Of a stretch of 41,024 nucleotides of DNA, positions 5,871 to 15,122 are shown in pieces. This stretch comes from a virus. Its lineage: Duplodnaviria > Caudoviricetes. A program made the translations under genes and the position numbers. The stretch spans positions 1-41,024 of IMG/VR virus record IMGVR_UViG_3300042510_000134. The stretch is one strand, 5' to 3'. The notes under the pieces are model-generated. The model was not told the origin of the DNA. It worked only from the letters and a program-made list of their open reading frames with translations, and made no database searches. Each line of letters starts with the position of its first letter. Position 1 is the first letter of the stretch.

Positions 5871-8486
5871 TTAGATTGCATATCTTACTATTACGATACC
5901 ACTGCCGCCATTGCCACCAGTTCCATTAGCACCAGTATCTTCACCTGATGCACCACCACCGCCTCCACCAGTATTGGCTGTTCCTGCAACTCCATTGACA
6001 TAAGGTGAGCCGCCTGAACCTCCTGCGCCACCGCCACCTGCACCGCCAACAGTTACATTTCCGCCACCATAGTTACCGCCACCACCGCCACCTGCGTAAG
6101 TTACTGATGAACCTGTAATAGAAACGGCTACACCTGCGCCACCATCTCCTTGAGTTCCCGCAGTTCCACCACTACCAGCAAAACCAGCCTGACCAGCACC
6201 ACCACCGCCACCACCGCATTGAAGTGCGCCACTGGTAGAGCCTGACCCACCACCAAATCCTTGATTCGCAGTTCCATTTCCAGGAGTAGTGGTTACACCA
6301 TCGTATCCGCCACCTCCACCGCCTGAACCAAATGTTCCTGAGTTAGCATTTGCTTGATACTCACCACCACCGCCACCTTTATTGGAAGTTATGGTAGAAA
6401 ATACAGAGTCATTACCATTGTTACCATTTGCAAATTGAACTCCTGCACCACCAGCGCCTACTGTTGCTGTATAAGAAGTTCCTGCTGTTAAAGATAAAGC
6501 AGTTTCTAAAGTTCCACCACCACCAGTTGCAGTTACAGTAGAACGCAAACCACCAGCACCACCAGCACCACCTCTGTAAGAGCCACCACCAGCACCGCCA
6601 CCTGCTACAACTAAGTAATCAGCAGTTAAGTCTTGGTAAGGAACAAAGGTTCCTGAAGTTGTAAATGTGTGAACCCAGTGAGTTCCAGTATTAGTAATAG
6701 TTCCGCCACTTGCTTTGGCTACGGAGTATCTGACAATAACTTTGCCTGAGCCACCTGAACCGCCTTCGCCATCATTTCTACTACCACCACCGCCACCACC
6801 GCCAGTATTTACTGTTCCAGCAGTTGCATTTGAACCAGCCCCTGAAGTTCCTTTAGAGCCGCTTCCACCGCCACCAGTTCCGCCATTATTAAGAAGTCCA
6901 ACAGAACCCTGAACTGCTCGCTGACCAGCGCCACCACCGCCAGCATAAGTAACAGATGAACCGCTAATTGTTGTTGCAATACCATTACCACCACTACCAG
7001 GAGTTGTGCCTACTGCATTACCACCTACCGCACCTGCACCGCCACCGCCACCTGCTTCAGAATCTCCATTAGAATTACCGCCATTATTTCCTTGTACTGG
7101 GCTCGCAGTTCGAGTACCACCAGTTAGGCTGGCATCACCTCCAGCACCACCACCTGAACCGCCTGAACCGCCGTTGCCAAAAGTACTACCGTTATATCCA
7201 TTACCATAACCGCCACCTGTTGAGGTTATAGTTGCAAATACAGAGTTAGAACCATTAGATGCTAATGGGGTAGTAGATGTTTGCCCTGCGCCACCTGCTC
7301 CTATTGTTACTGTATAAGCCTGAGCAGTTAAAGATAAAACAGATTCTAAACTTCCGCCGCCTCCAGTTGCGGTAACTGTTGAACGCAAACCTCCTGCGCC
7401 ACCGCCACCGCCATTATTTCTACCACCGCCGCCTCCACCTGCAACTACTAAGTAGTCAGCATATAAGGCTTGAGTTGGAGTAAATGTTCCAGAAGAATTA
7501 AATGTGTGAATAAAATAATAGTTGTCAAAAACAATATCTCCACCAGTTGCTAATGCAGTACCAGTATAGAAATTACCTGATGAATTAAAGGTATGGATTG
7601 TGTTACCACCTGATGCGGTTACAGTTCCGCCGTAGGCTTTTTGTGTTGTGCCTGAGTAACGGGCTATGACTACGCCTGAGCCGCCTGCGCCACCGACAAG
7701 AGCACTACCGTCCCAACCACCACCACCACCGCCACCGCCTGTGTTTGCAGTACCAGCGCCACCTGTCGTGCCTGTCGCACCTCTACCTGTACCACCGCCA
7801 CCTGAACCACCTGCATTATTCGTGCCACTGCCGCCATTTACGCTGTCAAACCCACCGCCACCGCCACCTGCATAAGTTACAGATGAACCTGTAATTGCAA
7901 CTGCTACTCCGTTACCACCAACAGCACCACCAGGAGTAGAACCACCTGTTCCTGCTACTCCAGCACCACCACCACCACCGCCGTTGAAAGGCGCGACACC
8001 TGTATTTCCTGCTCCAGCAAATCCTTGATTAGCAGTACCAGCACCACCAGTTCCAGATGGAGAATATCCACCGCCTGCCGCACCGCCACCTGAACCGCCA
8101 GTTCTACCATTTTTAACAACACCACTATCAGTACCACCACCACCACCACCAGTTGATGTAATAGTAGAAAATACAGAGTTATTACCATCTCCCCCTGCTG
8201 TTGTTGTCGTACTAGCAACACCACCAGCACCTACAGTGACTGTATAATTTGTGTTTAATGACAAAGTTAAAGCCGATTCTAAAGAACCACCTCCACCAGT
8301 AGCAGTTACGGTAGAACGAAGTCCACCTGCTCCACCACCACCACCTTTTGCGCCGCCTCCGCCGCCGCCAGCAACAACAAGGTAGTCAACTGTAAGGGTT
8401 GGGGTAATATTACCAGCCACCATACTGCCGTAAATAATTCTGCCATCTAATATAGAATTATTAGATAATTTATAGACAGGAGTCAT
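5871..8486 (-). CDS. Glycine-rich repeat virion protein, putative receptor-binding fibre/adhesin
   Basis: Three modules starting DYLVVAGGG..GGAGGLRSTVTATGGGG.LE and ending GG.GGSG.VI.RY, joined by GG.....HTF.SSG.F linkers. Confidence 0.7.
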   Translation of the reverse strand: MTPVYKLSNNSILDGRIIYGSMVAGNITPTLTVDYLVVAGGGGGGAKGGGGGAGGLRSTVTATGGGGSLESALTLSLNTNYTVTVGAGGVASTTTTAGGDGNNSVFSTITSTGGGGGGTDSGVVKNGRTGGSGGGAAGGGYSPSGTGGAGTANQGFAGAGNTGVAPFNGGGGGGAGVAGTGGSTPGGAVGGNGVAVAITGSSVTYAGGGGGGFDSVNGGSGTNNAGGSGGGGTGRGATGTTGGAGTANTGGGGGGGGWDGSALVGGAGGSGVVIARYSGTTQKAYGGTVTASGGNTIHTFNSSGNFYTGTALATGGDIVFDNYYFIHTFNSSGTFTPTQALYADYLVVAGGGGGGRNNGGGGGAGGLRSTVTATGGGGSLESVLSLTAQAYTVTIGAGGAGQTSTTPLASNGSNSVFATITSTGGGYGNGYNGSTFGNGGSGGSGGGAGGDASLTGGTRTASPVQGNNGGNSNGDSEAGGGGGAGAVGGNAVGTTPGSGGNGIATTISGSSVTYAGGGGAGQRAVQGSVGLLNNGGTGGGGSGSKGTSGAGSNATAGTVNTGGGGGGGSRNDGEGGSGGSGKVIVRYSVAKASGGTITNTGTHWVHTFTTSGTFVPYQDLTADYLVVAGGGAGGGSYRGGAGGAGGLRSTVTATGGGGTLETALSLTAGTSYTATVGAGGAGVQFANGNNGNDSVFSTITSNKGGGGGEYQANANSGTFGSGGGGGGYDGVTTTPGNGTANQGFGGGSGSTSGALQCGGGGGGAGQAGFAGSGGTAGTQGDGGAGVAVSITGSSVTYAGGGGGGNYGGGNVTVGGAGGGGAGGSGGSPYVNGVAGTANTGGGGGGASGEDTGANGTGGNGGSGIVIVRYAI

Positions 8487-8800
8487 TAAGAAATCTCCAC
8501 TCCTGAGATATGAAAGTTTACGCCAGTAGTAGATGCAAGTCCAGCAATTGTAGTAGCAGGACTTGTTGGTGGGATAACCTGCTTCATATCAATTACTGTA
8601 GTGTCAAAAGCACCAACATTTACTGATGATGCAGCAGTTACTCCAGCAATGGTTAATGTAAAGTTAGCCAGGCTGCTAGTAGTATTAGTCACCAACATAT
8701 TGGTGATTACTGTAGTAGTTGTAGTATTAGGTTGTGTGTATAGGGTTGTGCTTGTTGTTGCTGCTGCTGTTCTAGCCAGCGTTTTAGATGTTACAGCCAT
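8486..8800 (-). CDS. Small beta-rich virion protein
   Basis: 104 aa, Thr-rich, ending ISGVEIS; lies between two fibre genes. Confidence 0.5.
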   Translation of the reverse strand: MAVTSKTLARTAAATTSTTLYTQPNTTTTTVITNMLVTNTTSSLANFTLTIAGVTAASSVNVGAFDTTVIDMKQVIPPTSPATTIAGLASTTGVNFHISGVEIS

Positions 8801-8817
8801 TAGTTACTGTACCTTTC

Positions 8818-10593
8818 TTAGAGTGCGCCCATTACAACAAGTACTGGGTCGGTTCCTGCATCAATAGTAGCACTGCCTCCAAGGGAAACAGGAGTACCAT
8901 TGAGTGTAATGCTTGAATTAGTTAAAGATGCATTACCAATATTAGATAAAGTGTTATTTGCTCCGCTAATTGTTTTGTTTGTAAAAGTTTGAGTTCCACT
9001 AGTAGTTGCTACAGTTGAGTCAATAGATACTGCAGGAATTGGACCAGTGCTACTTGCTACTGTAATTCCTGTGCCAGCAGATACTGCTGTAATATCTCCT
9101 TGGTCATTAGCAATCCAGGCAAGACCTGTTGTGGTTGCAGAGTCAACAGCCAAGATATATCCATTGGTTGAGGCAACTGTTAAGACAGATGGAGTAGATG
9201 CTCCGCTTGCTGAGATAAGGGAACCTTTAGCGGTAAGAATTGCTTTGTCAATAAAGGCTGATGTATCAGGGGCTACTAAGTCCCAGGCTGCACCGTCATA
9301 GACTTTCATTGCTCCAACTACTGTGTTGAAGTACAACGCACCAGTTAATAGTGCTCCACCATCATTATCTAAAGTAGGGTCAGATGACTTGCTGCCTAGA
9401 TATCTATCATCAAACTGGTCATAACTAGCAGCAGCAGAAGTTGCTGATGTGGCTGCTGCGGTAGCAGATGCTGCTGCAGATGTAGCGCTAGTTGCTGCAG
9501 CCGTTACTGAGGCTGCTGCCGAAGTTGCAGATGTAGCAGCAGCACTGGCTGATGTAGCCGATGATGTAGCACTTGTCTGAGCAGATGAGGCTGAAGTAGC
9601 AGCCGAAGAAGCAGAAGTTGCTGCTGCGCTAGCCGATGTAGCAGATGAGGTAGCACTAGTAGCCGCTGCCGTGGCAGAAGCCGCTGCAGAAGTAGCCGAG
9701 GTGGCTGCGCTAGTAGCACTTGTCGCTGCTGCTGAGGCACTTGATGCCGAGGCTGTGGCGCTATTAGAGGCACTTGTAGCACTGGTAGCAGCAGAAGCAG
9801 CACTTGTAGCAGCCGATGCTGCTGAAGTGGCTGCAGCCGTTGCTGACCCTAGAATGCTATCTACATAATCCTTCGGCGTAGCCGAGGAGGCAACCATACC
9901 TGCGCTAGATAGACCAGTGATGACAGGGCTACCAGAGATGGTAGGGCTGGTCAGGGTCTTATTAGTCAGGGTCTGGGTAGCATCAACAATGACTACCGTA
10001 CCTGTGGTATTAGGTAGGGTGATTGTATTGTCCTGAGTAGGGTCAACTACAGTCAGGATAGTCTCGTAAGCATCAGCCGTAGCACCCTCAAAAGATATGC
10101 TTGCAGCAGCAAGCGGAGTACCAGTAAAGGTAGGGTTAGAAATTGTAGGGCTGGTAAGAGTCTTGGCAGTAAGGGTCTGTGTCTTGTCTGTACCTACTAC
10201 ATCACCTTCGCCAGATGCAATGCCGTGCATTGACTGGGCATTACCTGCGCCATCATTATAAGAGGCAGCAGCCTGGGTATGTAGGTTGGCATCACGGAAG
10301 TCTCTACCGATAGCCATATGTCTTACTACGGCACCTGCTGAGTGTGACTGTGCAGATGAACCATCAATGGCTCGGGTGATTGTAAATGTATTGGTAGATA
10401 CCGCCGTAGCATCTACGATTTCTTCAAGAGCAGTATCAACATCTATAACTAAAGTATATGTTCTGCCTGCGGGGATTGTTACACCACCAAGCAAGGCTGT
10501 GCCTGATACTACTGTCATAGTAGCAGCACCTGCGGTAATAGCACTAGTCAGTGTTGACTGTTGGCTACGGGACGAGTATTGACGTGTTGGCAT
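8818..10593 (-). CDS. Tail fibre protein with Ser/Ala/Thr heptad repeats
   Basis: Long (SAAATSA)n coiled-coil tract, repeated TQTLTNKT motifs, FDDRYLG..GALYFNT segment. Confidence 0.7.
   Translation of the reverse strand: MPTRQYSSRSQQSTLTSAITAGAATMTVVSGTALLGGVTIPAGRTYTLVIDVDTALEEIVDATAVSTNTFTITRAIDGSSAQSHSAGAVVRHMAIGRDFRDANLHTQAAASYNDGAGNAQSMHGIASGEGDVVGTDKTQTLTAKTLTSPTISNPTFTGTPLAAASISFEGATADAYETILTVVDPTQDNTITLPNTTGTVVIVDATQTLTNKTLTSPTISGSPVITGLSSAGMVASSATPKDYVDSILGSATAAATSAASAATSAASAATSATSASNSATASASSASAAATSATSAATSATSAAASATAAATSATSSATSASAAATSASSAATSASSAQTSATSSATSASAAATSATSAAASVTAAATSATSAAASATAAATSATSAAASYDQFDDRYLGSKSSDPTLDNDGGALLTGALYFNTVVGAMKVYDGAAWDLVAPDTSAFIDKAILTAKGSLISASGASTPSVLTVASTNGYILAVDSATTTGLAWIANDQGDITAVSAGTGITVASSTGPIPAVSIDSTVATTSGTQTFTNKTISGANNTLSNIGNASLTNSSITLNGTPVSLGGSATIDAGTDPVLVVMGAL
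9426..9845 (-). repeat. Degenerate 21 bp-period coding repeat (AATSATS-type heptads)
   Basis: Seen in both translation and DNA (gcagaagtagc / gcacttgtagc variants). Confidence 0.8.
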
Positions 10594-10601
10594 TTATGTT
10601 C

Positions 10602-11534
10602 CTATCGGGCGCTGTAATGAAGTCGTGGGGGATATTGAGTCTGTTGCTTTAATCTTTCCTCGTTAAGGCGTTGAGTATAAAGAGCAAACAACTGACGCAC
10701 TGCATTATTGCTAGCGCCAAATGGGCGCTTAGAATCAATCTCATCAGCCTGTGGGCTGTATTGAGCAGCACGGGCTGGGTCTAGATATTGTAGTAATCTG
10801 TAAGAAGCACCAAGAATTACCACATCTTTTACAGTTTCAGATAGTCCAGTCTGTATAGAGAAATCCTGATTAGTAGCAGTAAATGGAGTTGGATGGGTAG
10901 CATACATAACCTTAACGGTTCTACCAGCAATAATTACATCACCAATAGTTACAGTCTGGCTACCACTACCAGTCCAAGTCCCTGGAGTAGCATCTGCGAA
11001 CGGGTCAAAGTCATAACGCTTAACGCGTATCCATTCTTTAGTAGGTCCTATGTCCTGCCAAGAAATAGCAAGTATGTTTTCTATATTTAAATTATTAAAA
11101 TTATATGTAGTAATGGCTGCGTTGTATGTAAATGTAGTCTGTTTAGCAGCATATATGCTGGCGCCTACGGCTTCAATAGTATCGTTAATAGCCTTCTTAA
11201 TACTGTATCTTGGGAAGATAGGGCTAACAGTTACCTGGGTATCTACGGCAGCAGTAGCAGCAGTAGTTCCAAGATAGCCACGCCCGTAAGGAGCGATGGT
11301 AGCAGTGTTAGCAACACGGTCTACGCTATCTATCCATAGTAATTCATCGTTAATCTCAATAACACCTTTGCCAAAATCAGCAGTTGAGCCAAGGCTTAGC
11401 ACTGTAGGAGATGAACTAGGTGATGTTAATGTAGTAACAGCAGCAGTTAAATGTGTGCTTCTATCCTGTTGGAAGGTATATCCAGATAGATTAATCTTAA
11501 CTTCATCTATCATCTCGGCTAATGTGACTGTCAT
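10602..11534 (-). CDS. Probable head-tail adaptor / tail tubular protein
   Basis: 310 aa; position between head and fibre genes; TLAEMIDEV start and helical C-terminus typical of adaptors. Confidence 0.5.
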   Translation of the reverse strand: MTVTLAEMIDEVKINLSGYTFQQDRSTHLTAAVTTLTSPSSSPTVLSLGSTADFGKGVIEINDELLWIDSVDRVANTATIAPYGRGYLGTTAATAAVDTQVTVSPIFPRYSIKKAINDTIEAVGASIYAAKQTTFTYNAAITTYNFNNLNIENILAISWQDIGPTKEWIRVKRYDFDPFADATPGTWTGSGSQTVTIGDVIIAGRTVKVMYATHPTPFTATNQDFSIQTGLSETVKDVVILGASYRLLQYLDPARAAQYSPQADEIDSKRPFGASNNAVRQLFALYTQRLNEERLKQQTQYPPRLHYSAR

Positions 11535-11806
11535 ACGTCAATACTCCTTAACGCTGCTAGAGGTGAAAGGTTAGTAGTGCTAGCAAGTTCATTGCAGATA
11601 CCTCCCAATGCCTTAAAATCTTTAGGCTGACGGGTTGCATCTGCCTCTAGATTAAGGGCGCCTATAAGCGCCTTACCTGATGTACTTGCTAGTGAGTTTG
11701 CCGCAGCAGTAGCAGTCAGATATGAAGTCAATACTGGATATGTCCCACTATTTGCTAAGCGATTTAGTTCGCTTGTAAATGTACTACCTGCTGTGCCTGT
11801 TGCCAT
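11531..11806 (-). CDS. Hypothetical virion protein
   Basis: 91 aa ORF, translationally coupled on both sides. Confidence 0.55.
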   Translation of the reverse strand: MATGTAGSTFTSELNRLANSGTYPVLTSYLTATAAANSLASTSGKALIGALNLEADATRQPKDFKALGGICNELASTTNLSPLAALRSIDV

Positions 11807-12042
11807 TATCTATACCTTGCCGTTTTCTTTGCGATTGACTTGGGTTGTTTAACAAACTGTTTACCTTTTTTCTTGCCTGCTGCTTTAGCCTTATTAGTTG
11901 CAGCCTTCTCGGCTGGTGTCAGGTTAGCCCAGGCTGCCTCTGGTAGGTATCTCTTCTTGCCTTTAGATGGTTTGCCATCAGAAGTCTTCCACTTCTGACC
12001 AGTCCACTTCTTTAAAGACTGTTGAGATTTAGCCAGTGCCAT
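11806..12042 (-). CDS. Small basic protein (C-terminal half of a DUF5872-like family)
   Basis: QQSLKKWT.QKWKT.DG...RYLP.AAW..L...EK.ATN..K....KGKQFV. Confidence 0.55.
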   Translation of the reverse strand: MALAKSQQSLKKWTGQKWKTSDGKPSKGKKRYLPEAAWANLTPAEKAATNKAKAAGKKKGKQFVKQPKSIAKKTARYR

Positions 12043-12236
12043 TACTTGTAGCCTCCGCCTGCCTTCTTATACTGAACTGCTAGTAATTGTGCCTTACGTG
12101 CAGACCATTGCCCAGGGTTTCCACCCTTGGAGCCTGCTTTAATTTTATTGAATAGTGCTTTACGCATACCAGGCTTAGTGTAGTTGCCAGCCTCATTGAC
12201 TTTAGACTTAGGTTTTGCTTTGGCTTTCTTTTTCAT
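12042..12236 (-). CDS. Small basic protein (N-terminal half of a DUF5872-like family)
   Basis: NYTKPGMR...IKAGSKGGNPGQWSARKAQLLAVQYKKAGGGY. Confidence 0.55.
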   Translation of the reverse strand: MKKKAKAKPKSKVNEAGNYTKPGMRKALFNKIKAGSKGGNPGQWSARKAQLLAVQYKKAGGGYK

Positions 12237-12253
12237 TTTTTCTTCTATTCTAA

Positions 12254-12291
12254 TAAAAAAACCAGGTCTATTGTTTAATAAACCTGGCTTT
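12254..12291 (-). terminator. Intrinsic terminator-like hairpin inside the late operon
   Basis: Minus strand GCCAGGTTTATT-AAAC-AATAGACCTGGT followed by a T run. Confidence 0.6.
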
Positions 12292-12305
12292 ATTTAATTA
12301 ACAAA

Positions 12306-12605
12306 TTATCTCGAACGAGAAGTTCCACCGCCACCAAACTTTGGTGTTTTCTCTCGTCTTAAACTTGGCTTTTGAATACGAGAATCAGAAGCCTTTCCCT
12401 TCGATGCAGCAAGACGTCTTGCTCCATACATACGCTTTACGCCTTCTACAAACTGAGCATTTGAAGAAGTGCCAGCCTTCTTAATAGCGGCTGTCATTCC
12501 CATATCTTTAATCTTAGCAATGGTATTTTCAGAAACTTTAATCTTTGCAGCCTTAGGTTTCTTACTTCCACCGCCATCAATCTTACTTCCCATATATCTT
12601 GCCAT
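12306..12605 (-). CDS. Small basic hypothetical protein
   Basis: Lys/Arg-rich ORF; ATG overlaps the upstream stop (TAATG). Confidence 0.55.
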   Translation of the reverse strand: MARYMGSKIDGGGSKKPKAAKIKVSENTIAKIKDMGMTAAIKKAGTSSNAQFVEGVKRMYGARRLAASKGKASDSRIQKPSLRREKTPKFGGGGTSRSR

Positions 12606-12886
12606 TACCATTTTACCTTATCTGCCCAATATGCGGCACTCATTTTTCCTTTGGATATATTTTTTTGATGACGCGATTTAAAACTCTTACGCTTCATCTT
12701 CATTTTCTGGGATTCCCCAGACTTTGGCTTACCTGCGGTAGATGCACCTTGCTCGCCAAATCTAATTGTTTTTACTTGACTGCCTTCTTTAGCCACAACA
12801 ATGTGTGACTTCTTAGGGTGGCTAGGGGTGCGTTTAGGTTTATTAAAACCTGCTACACCTGCTCGTTTTAACCTTGGGTCAGCCAT
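12605..12886 (-). CDS. Small basic conserved viral protein
   Basis: K.IRFG.QG...RKSFKSRH...SAAYWA...W motif known from uncharacterised phage and large-virus proteins. Confidence 0.6.
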   Translation of the reverse strand: MADPRLKRAGVAGFNKPKRTPSHPKKSHIVVAKEGSQVKTIRFGEQGASTAGKPKSGESQKMKMKRKSFKSRHQKNISKGKMSAAYWADKVKW

Positions 12887-12888
12887 TA

Positions 12889-13095
12889 TTAGTTAGTACT
12901 TCCCATCGGATAGGCACCTGTTTTTTTCATAATCATTTCTTTTGCTTTTTGAAGACCACCTTGTGGTATGGTGCCTTCTCTTATCATTTTCTCAAGCATT
13001 GCATTGGCTTTAGCAATCTTAGCGTTTTCTCGTTTGTTTTCCCTCATAGGCTGTTTAGCCCTAGCCTCATCAGGAGACTTATCAACGTATGCCAT
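12889..13095 (-). CDS. Small basic hypothetical protein
   Basis: 68 aa ORF tiling the operon. Confidence 0.5.
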   Translation of the reverse strand: MAYVDKSPDEARAKQPMRENKRENAKIAKANAMLEKMIREGTIPQGGLQKAKEMIMKKTGAYPMGSTN

Positions 13096-13097
13096 AA

Positions 13098-13232
13098 CTA
13101 CTTCTTCTTGCCCATCTTCTTCATTACGGCTTTCTTCATAGCCATCTTCTTTGGCGCTGACTTCTTGCCCTTGGCTTTTCCAGCCATCTTCTCTTTGCCT
13201 TTTGCTTTCATCATTCCGTAATCCATTGGCAT
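13098..13232 (-). CDS. Very basic Lys/Met-rich peptide (44 aa)
   Basis: MPMDYGMMKAKGKEKMAGKAKGKKSAPKKMAMKKAVMKKMGKKK; SD AGGAG upstream; fills the gap exactly; below the ORF-track cutoff. Confidence 0.6.
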   Translation of the reverse strand: MPMDYGMMKAKGKEKMAGKAKGKKSAPKKMAMKKAVMKKMGKKK

Positions 13233-13233
13233 A

Positions 13234-13545
13234 TTATGCTCCTAGTTGATTTAGTACTGCTGCTGATTTTTTGGTTATATGTTTTGTTGGTGCCATTTTG
13301 CTAGAGTCATAAGGTTTACCTAGTATATCACTAGCCTTGACTGCCTCTTGAATCTTCTTCATAGAAGTTCCAGCAGGCTGGATACCCTGGGCTCTTGCCT
13401 CTTTGTAGGCATCCAATTCTTTATTGAACTTTTTATTCGGAATAGTTCTACGACTATCCGCATCTCCAGTGTTCATCTGTATACTCAAACCCTTACAGCC
13501 AAAGCATCCTTCTACTGGCTCAGGGTGGTGCTCCCAGTGTTTCAT
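13234..13545 (-). CDS. Hypothetical protein with N-terminal H/CxxC cluster
   Basis: MKHWEHHPEPVEGCFGCK. Confidence 0.6.
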   Translation of the reverse strand: MKHWEHHPEPVEGCFGCKGLSIQMNTGDADSRRTIPNKKFNKELDAYKEARAQGIQPAGTSMKKIQEAVKASDILGKPYDSSKMAPTKHITKKSAAVLNQLGA

Positions 13546-13814
13546 ATCGCTGTAAAGTTATCCTCTGTTACCCCTACACCGCCAGCAATAAGCGCTGCTT
13601 TGGTAGCAGCATCTACTGTGTGGTTGTAACCACCCTCATATACTTCAGGAAAGCCTCTTAAATCGCCATCAACTGGATAGCGAACCTGAGCATATCCACC
13701 AGTAGGTTTAAGAACTATAGTTATTCCACGGTTTAATTTATAAAAATGGAATAAACGTCCACTACCAGCAGGACCTTCTTCAACTATTGGAGTTGTAAAT
13801 ACAAACTCAGTCAT
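13542..13814 (-). CDS. Hypothetical protein downstream of the capsid gene
   Basis: AGGAGG SD before ATG at 13814. Confidence 0.6.
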   Translation of the reverse strand: MTEFVFTTPIVEEGPAGSGRLFHFYKLNRGITIVLKPTGGYAQVRYPVDGDLRGFPEVYEGGYNHTVDAATKAALIAGGVGVTEDNFTAI

Positions 13815-13841
13815 AAGTCCTCCTAATGAACTCACCCCGAA

Positions 13842-13869
13842 GGGTAGGCTGTTCTAATATGCCTACCCT
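13842..13869 (-). terminator. Hairpin after the major capsid gene (terminator or mRNA stabiliser)
   Basis: AGGGTAGGC...GCCTACCCT inverted repeat; weak U tract. Confidence 0.5.
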
Positions 13870-13883
13870 ACAGAGTCAATCAA

Positions 13884-15089
13884 CTAGAGAGCAGCGATTG
13901 AAGATGATGTTTCGATACGGAACAGTGCTTCTTCACGATAACGTGCAAAGCCGAGTACGCCGTACCAACCCATTGGGCGGAAGCGCATCAACTTATCGGT
14001 TACGTTTCCGATAACAATGTGTGGCTCTTCTGCAACAGCCTCAGCAAGTGCTTGCTGTCCGCAGAGGATAGTATCAAATACGCGTGTTACTGGAGTTACA
14101 GTTACAGTTGTTGTAGCGGTAACTGCAGCAGTGTTGGCTGTATCTACAGTAAATGTAGTAGTTGAGCCAGATGTGCTAATTGCAGTAATCTTTGCACCTG
14201 ATGCAATACCAGTTCCAGCAACCTTATCTCCAACCTCAGCGCGGGTTGCGATAACAGCAGAAGAAGCAACACCGAAGGTGAAGCCTGCTGATGTACCTGC
14301 AACGGTTACTGCGGTTGTAGCAAGAGCAGACTGGTCTGCGCCATCTTTAGCATTTGGCAAACGAGAAGACTCAACAAAGAATGCTCCTTCGTAATCGCCA
14401 ATTTCTCCAGCCCATACGTTATTAACGGCTGGGTCAGAGTTGATGTGAGCAAAGTTCCAGCCTAGGTTTCCAGACTCTGCACGCAGGTCGTGGGAAACTT
14501 CTGGGTGGATACCGCACCAGTAGTAAGAGCCACGGCGAGCCTTGGCCTTATTAGCACGGAGTTTAGCGACAGCCTTGCGGATGTCTGCTGAATCAATTGT
14601 TGCGGCTGCGGCAATTGTTGCGGTGCTTGTAGCAGTGCTACCACCGTAAATTACGTTAGTTCCGCCGACAAGAGTTGTTGAAACAACCTTGTCAATAGAA
14701 TCAGCAAGGTTGTATGCAATGATATTTGCAATTGCTGGGTCTACATCTGCTAATGAGAATAACTCAAGAGCACGGGTAACAAGAACAGCATTACCATACT
14801 CGTTAAGAGTAATGGTTACTGATGTTGGAGTCGTCATTGCGACTGCATCTGGGTCAGTAGTTTCTGTTAGTGTTGAAGTTTTTGCATCCAAGTCAACATA
14901 GCGTTGTAGCACTACGGTTGAACCTGGTATTGCTTGACGGGCAGGGCGTTTATCTGCGACAGAACGAAGTAGTGGTTCTGAACGGAGAGCGAATTCTAGA
15001 AGACGGTCATACGCCTTCTGAACTAGACCTGCGGCGCCAACTGTTCCACCGAGAGATGCACTGTCGGTAGAGATAAATGCGTTGGCCAT
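13884..15089 (-). CDS. Major capsid protein (HK97 fold, N4 gp56-like)
   Basis: 401 aa; VTITLNEYGNAV, GIHPEV..DLR, GEIG.YEG..FVES and D.L.R...GWYG..G motifs; strong GGAGG SD; follows the scaffold gene. Confidence 0.85.
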   Translation of the reverse strand: MANAFISTDSASLGGTVGAAGLVQKAYDRLLEFALRSEPLLRSVADKRPARQAIPGSTVVLQRYVDLDAKTSTLTETTDPDAVAMTTPTSVTITLNEYGNAVLVTRALELFSLADVDPAIANIIAYNLADSIDKVVSTTLVGGTNVIYGGSTATSTATIAAAATIDSADIRKAVAKLRANKAKARRGSYYWCGIHPEVSHDLRAESGNLGWNFAHINSDPAVNNVWAGEIGDYEGAFFVESSRLPNAKDGADQSALATTAVTVAGTSAGFTFGVASSAVIATRAEVGDKVAGTGIASGAKITAISTSGSTTTFTVDTANTAAVTATTTVTVTPVTRVFDTILCGQQALAEAVAEEPHIVIGNVTDKLMRFRPMGWYGVLGFARYREEALFRIETSSSIAAL

Positions 15090-15122
15090 AAGGTTTCGTC
15101 ACCTCCAAGTGACTATGAACGG

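Noticed and set aside
6715-7875. Proline-rich plus-strand ORFs (6715, 7006, 7666)
   Set aside because: Antisense shadows of GGN glycine codons in the fibre gene; no RBS.
5871-10593. Diversity-generating retroelement or invertible fibre cassette
   Set aside because: No reverse transcriptase or invertase, and no adenine-specific template/variable repeat pair seen.
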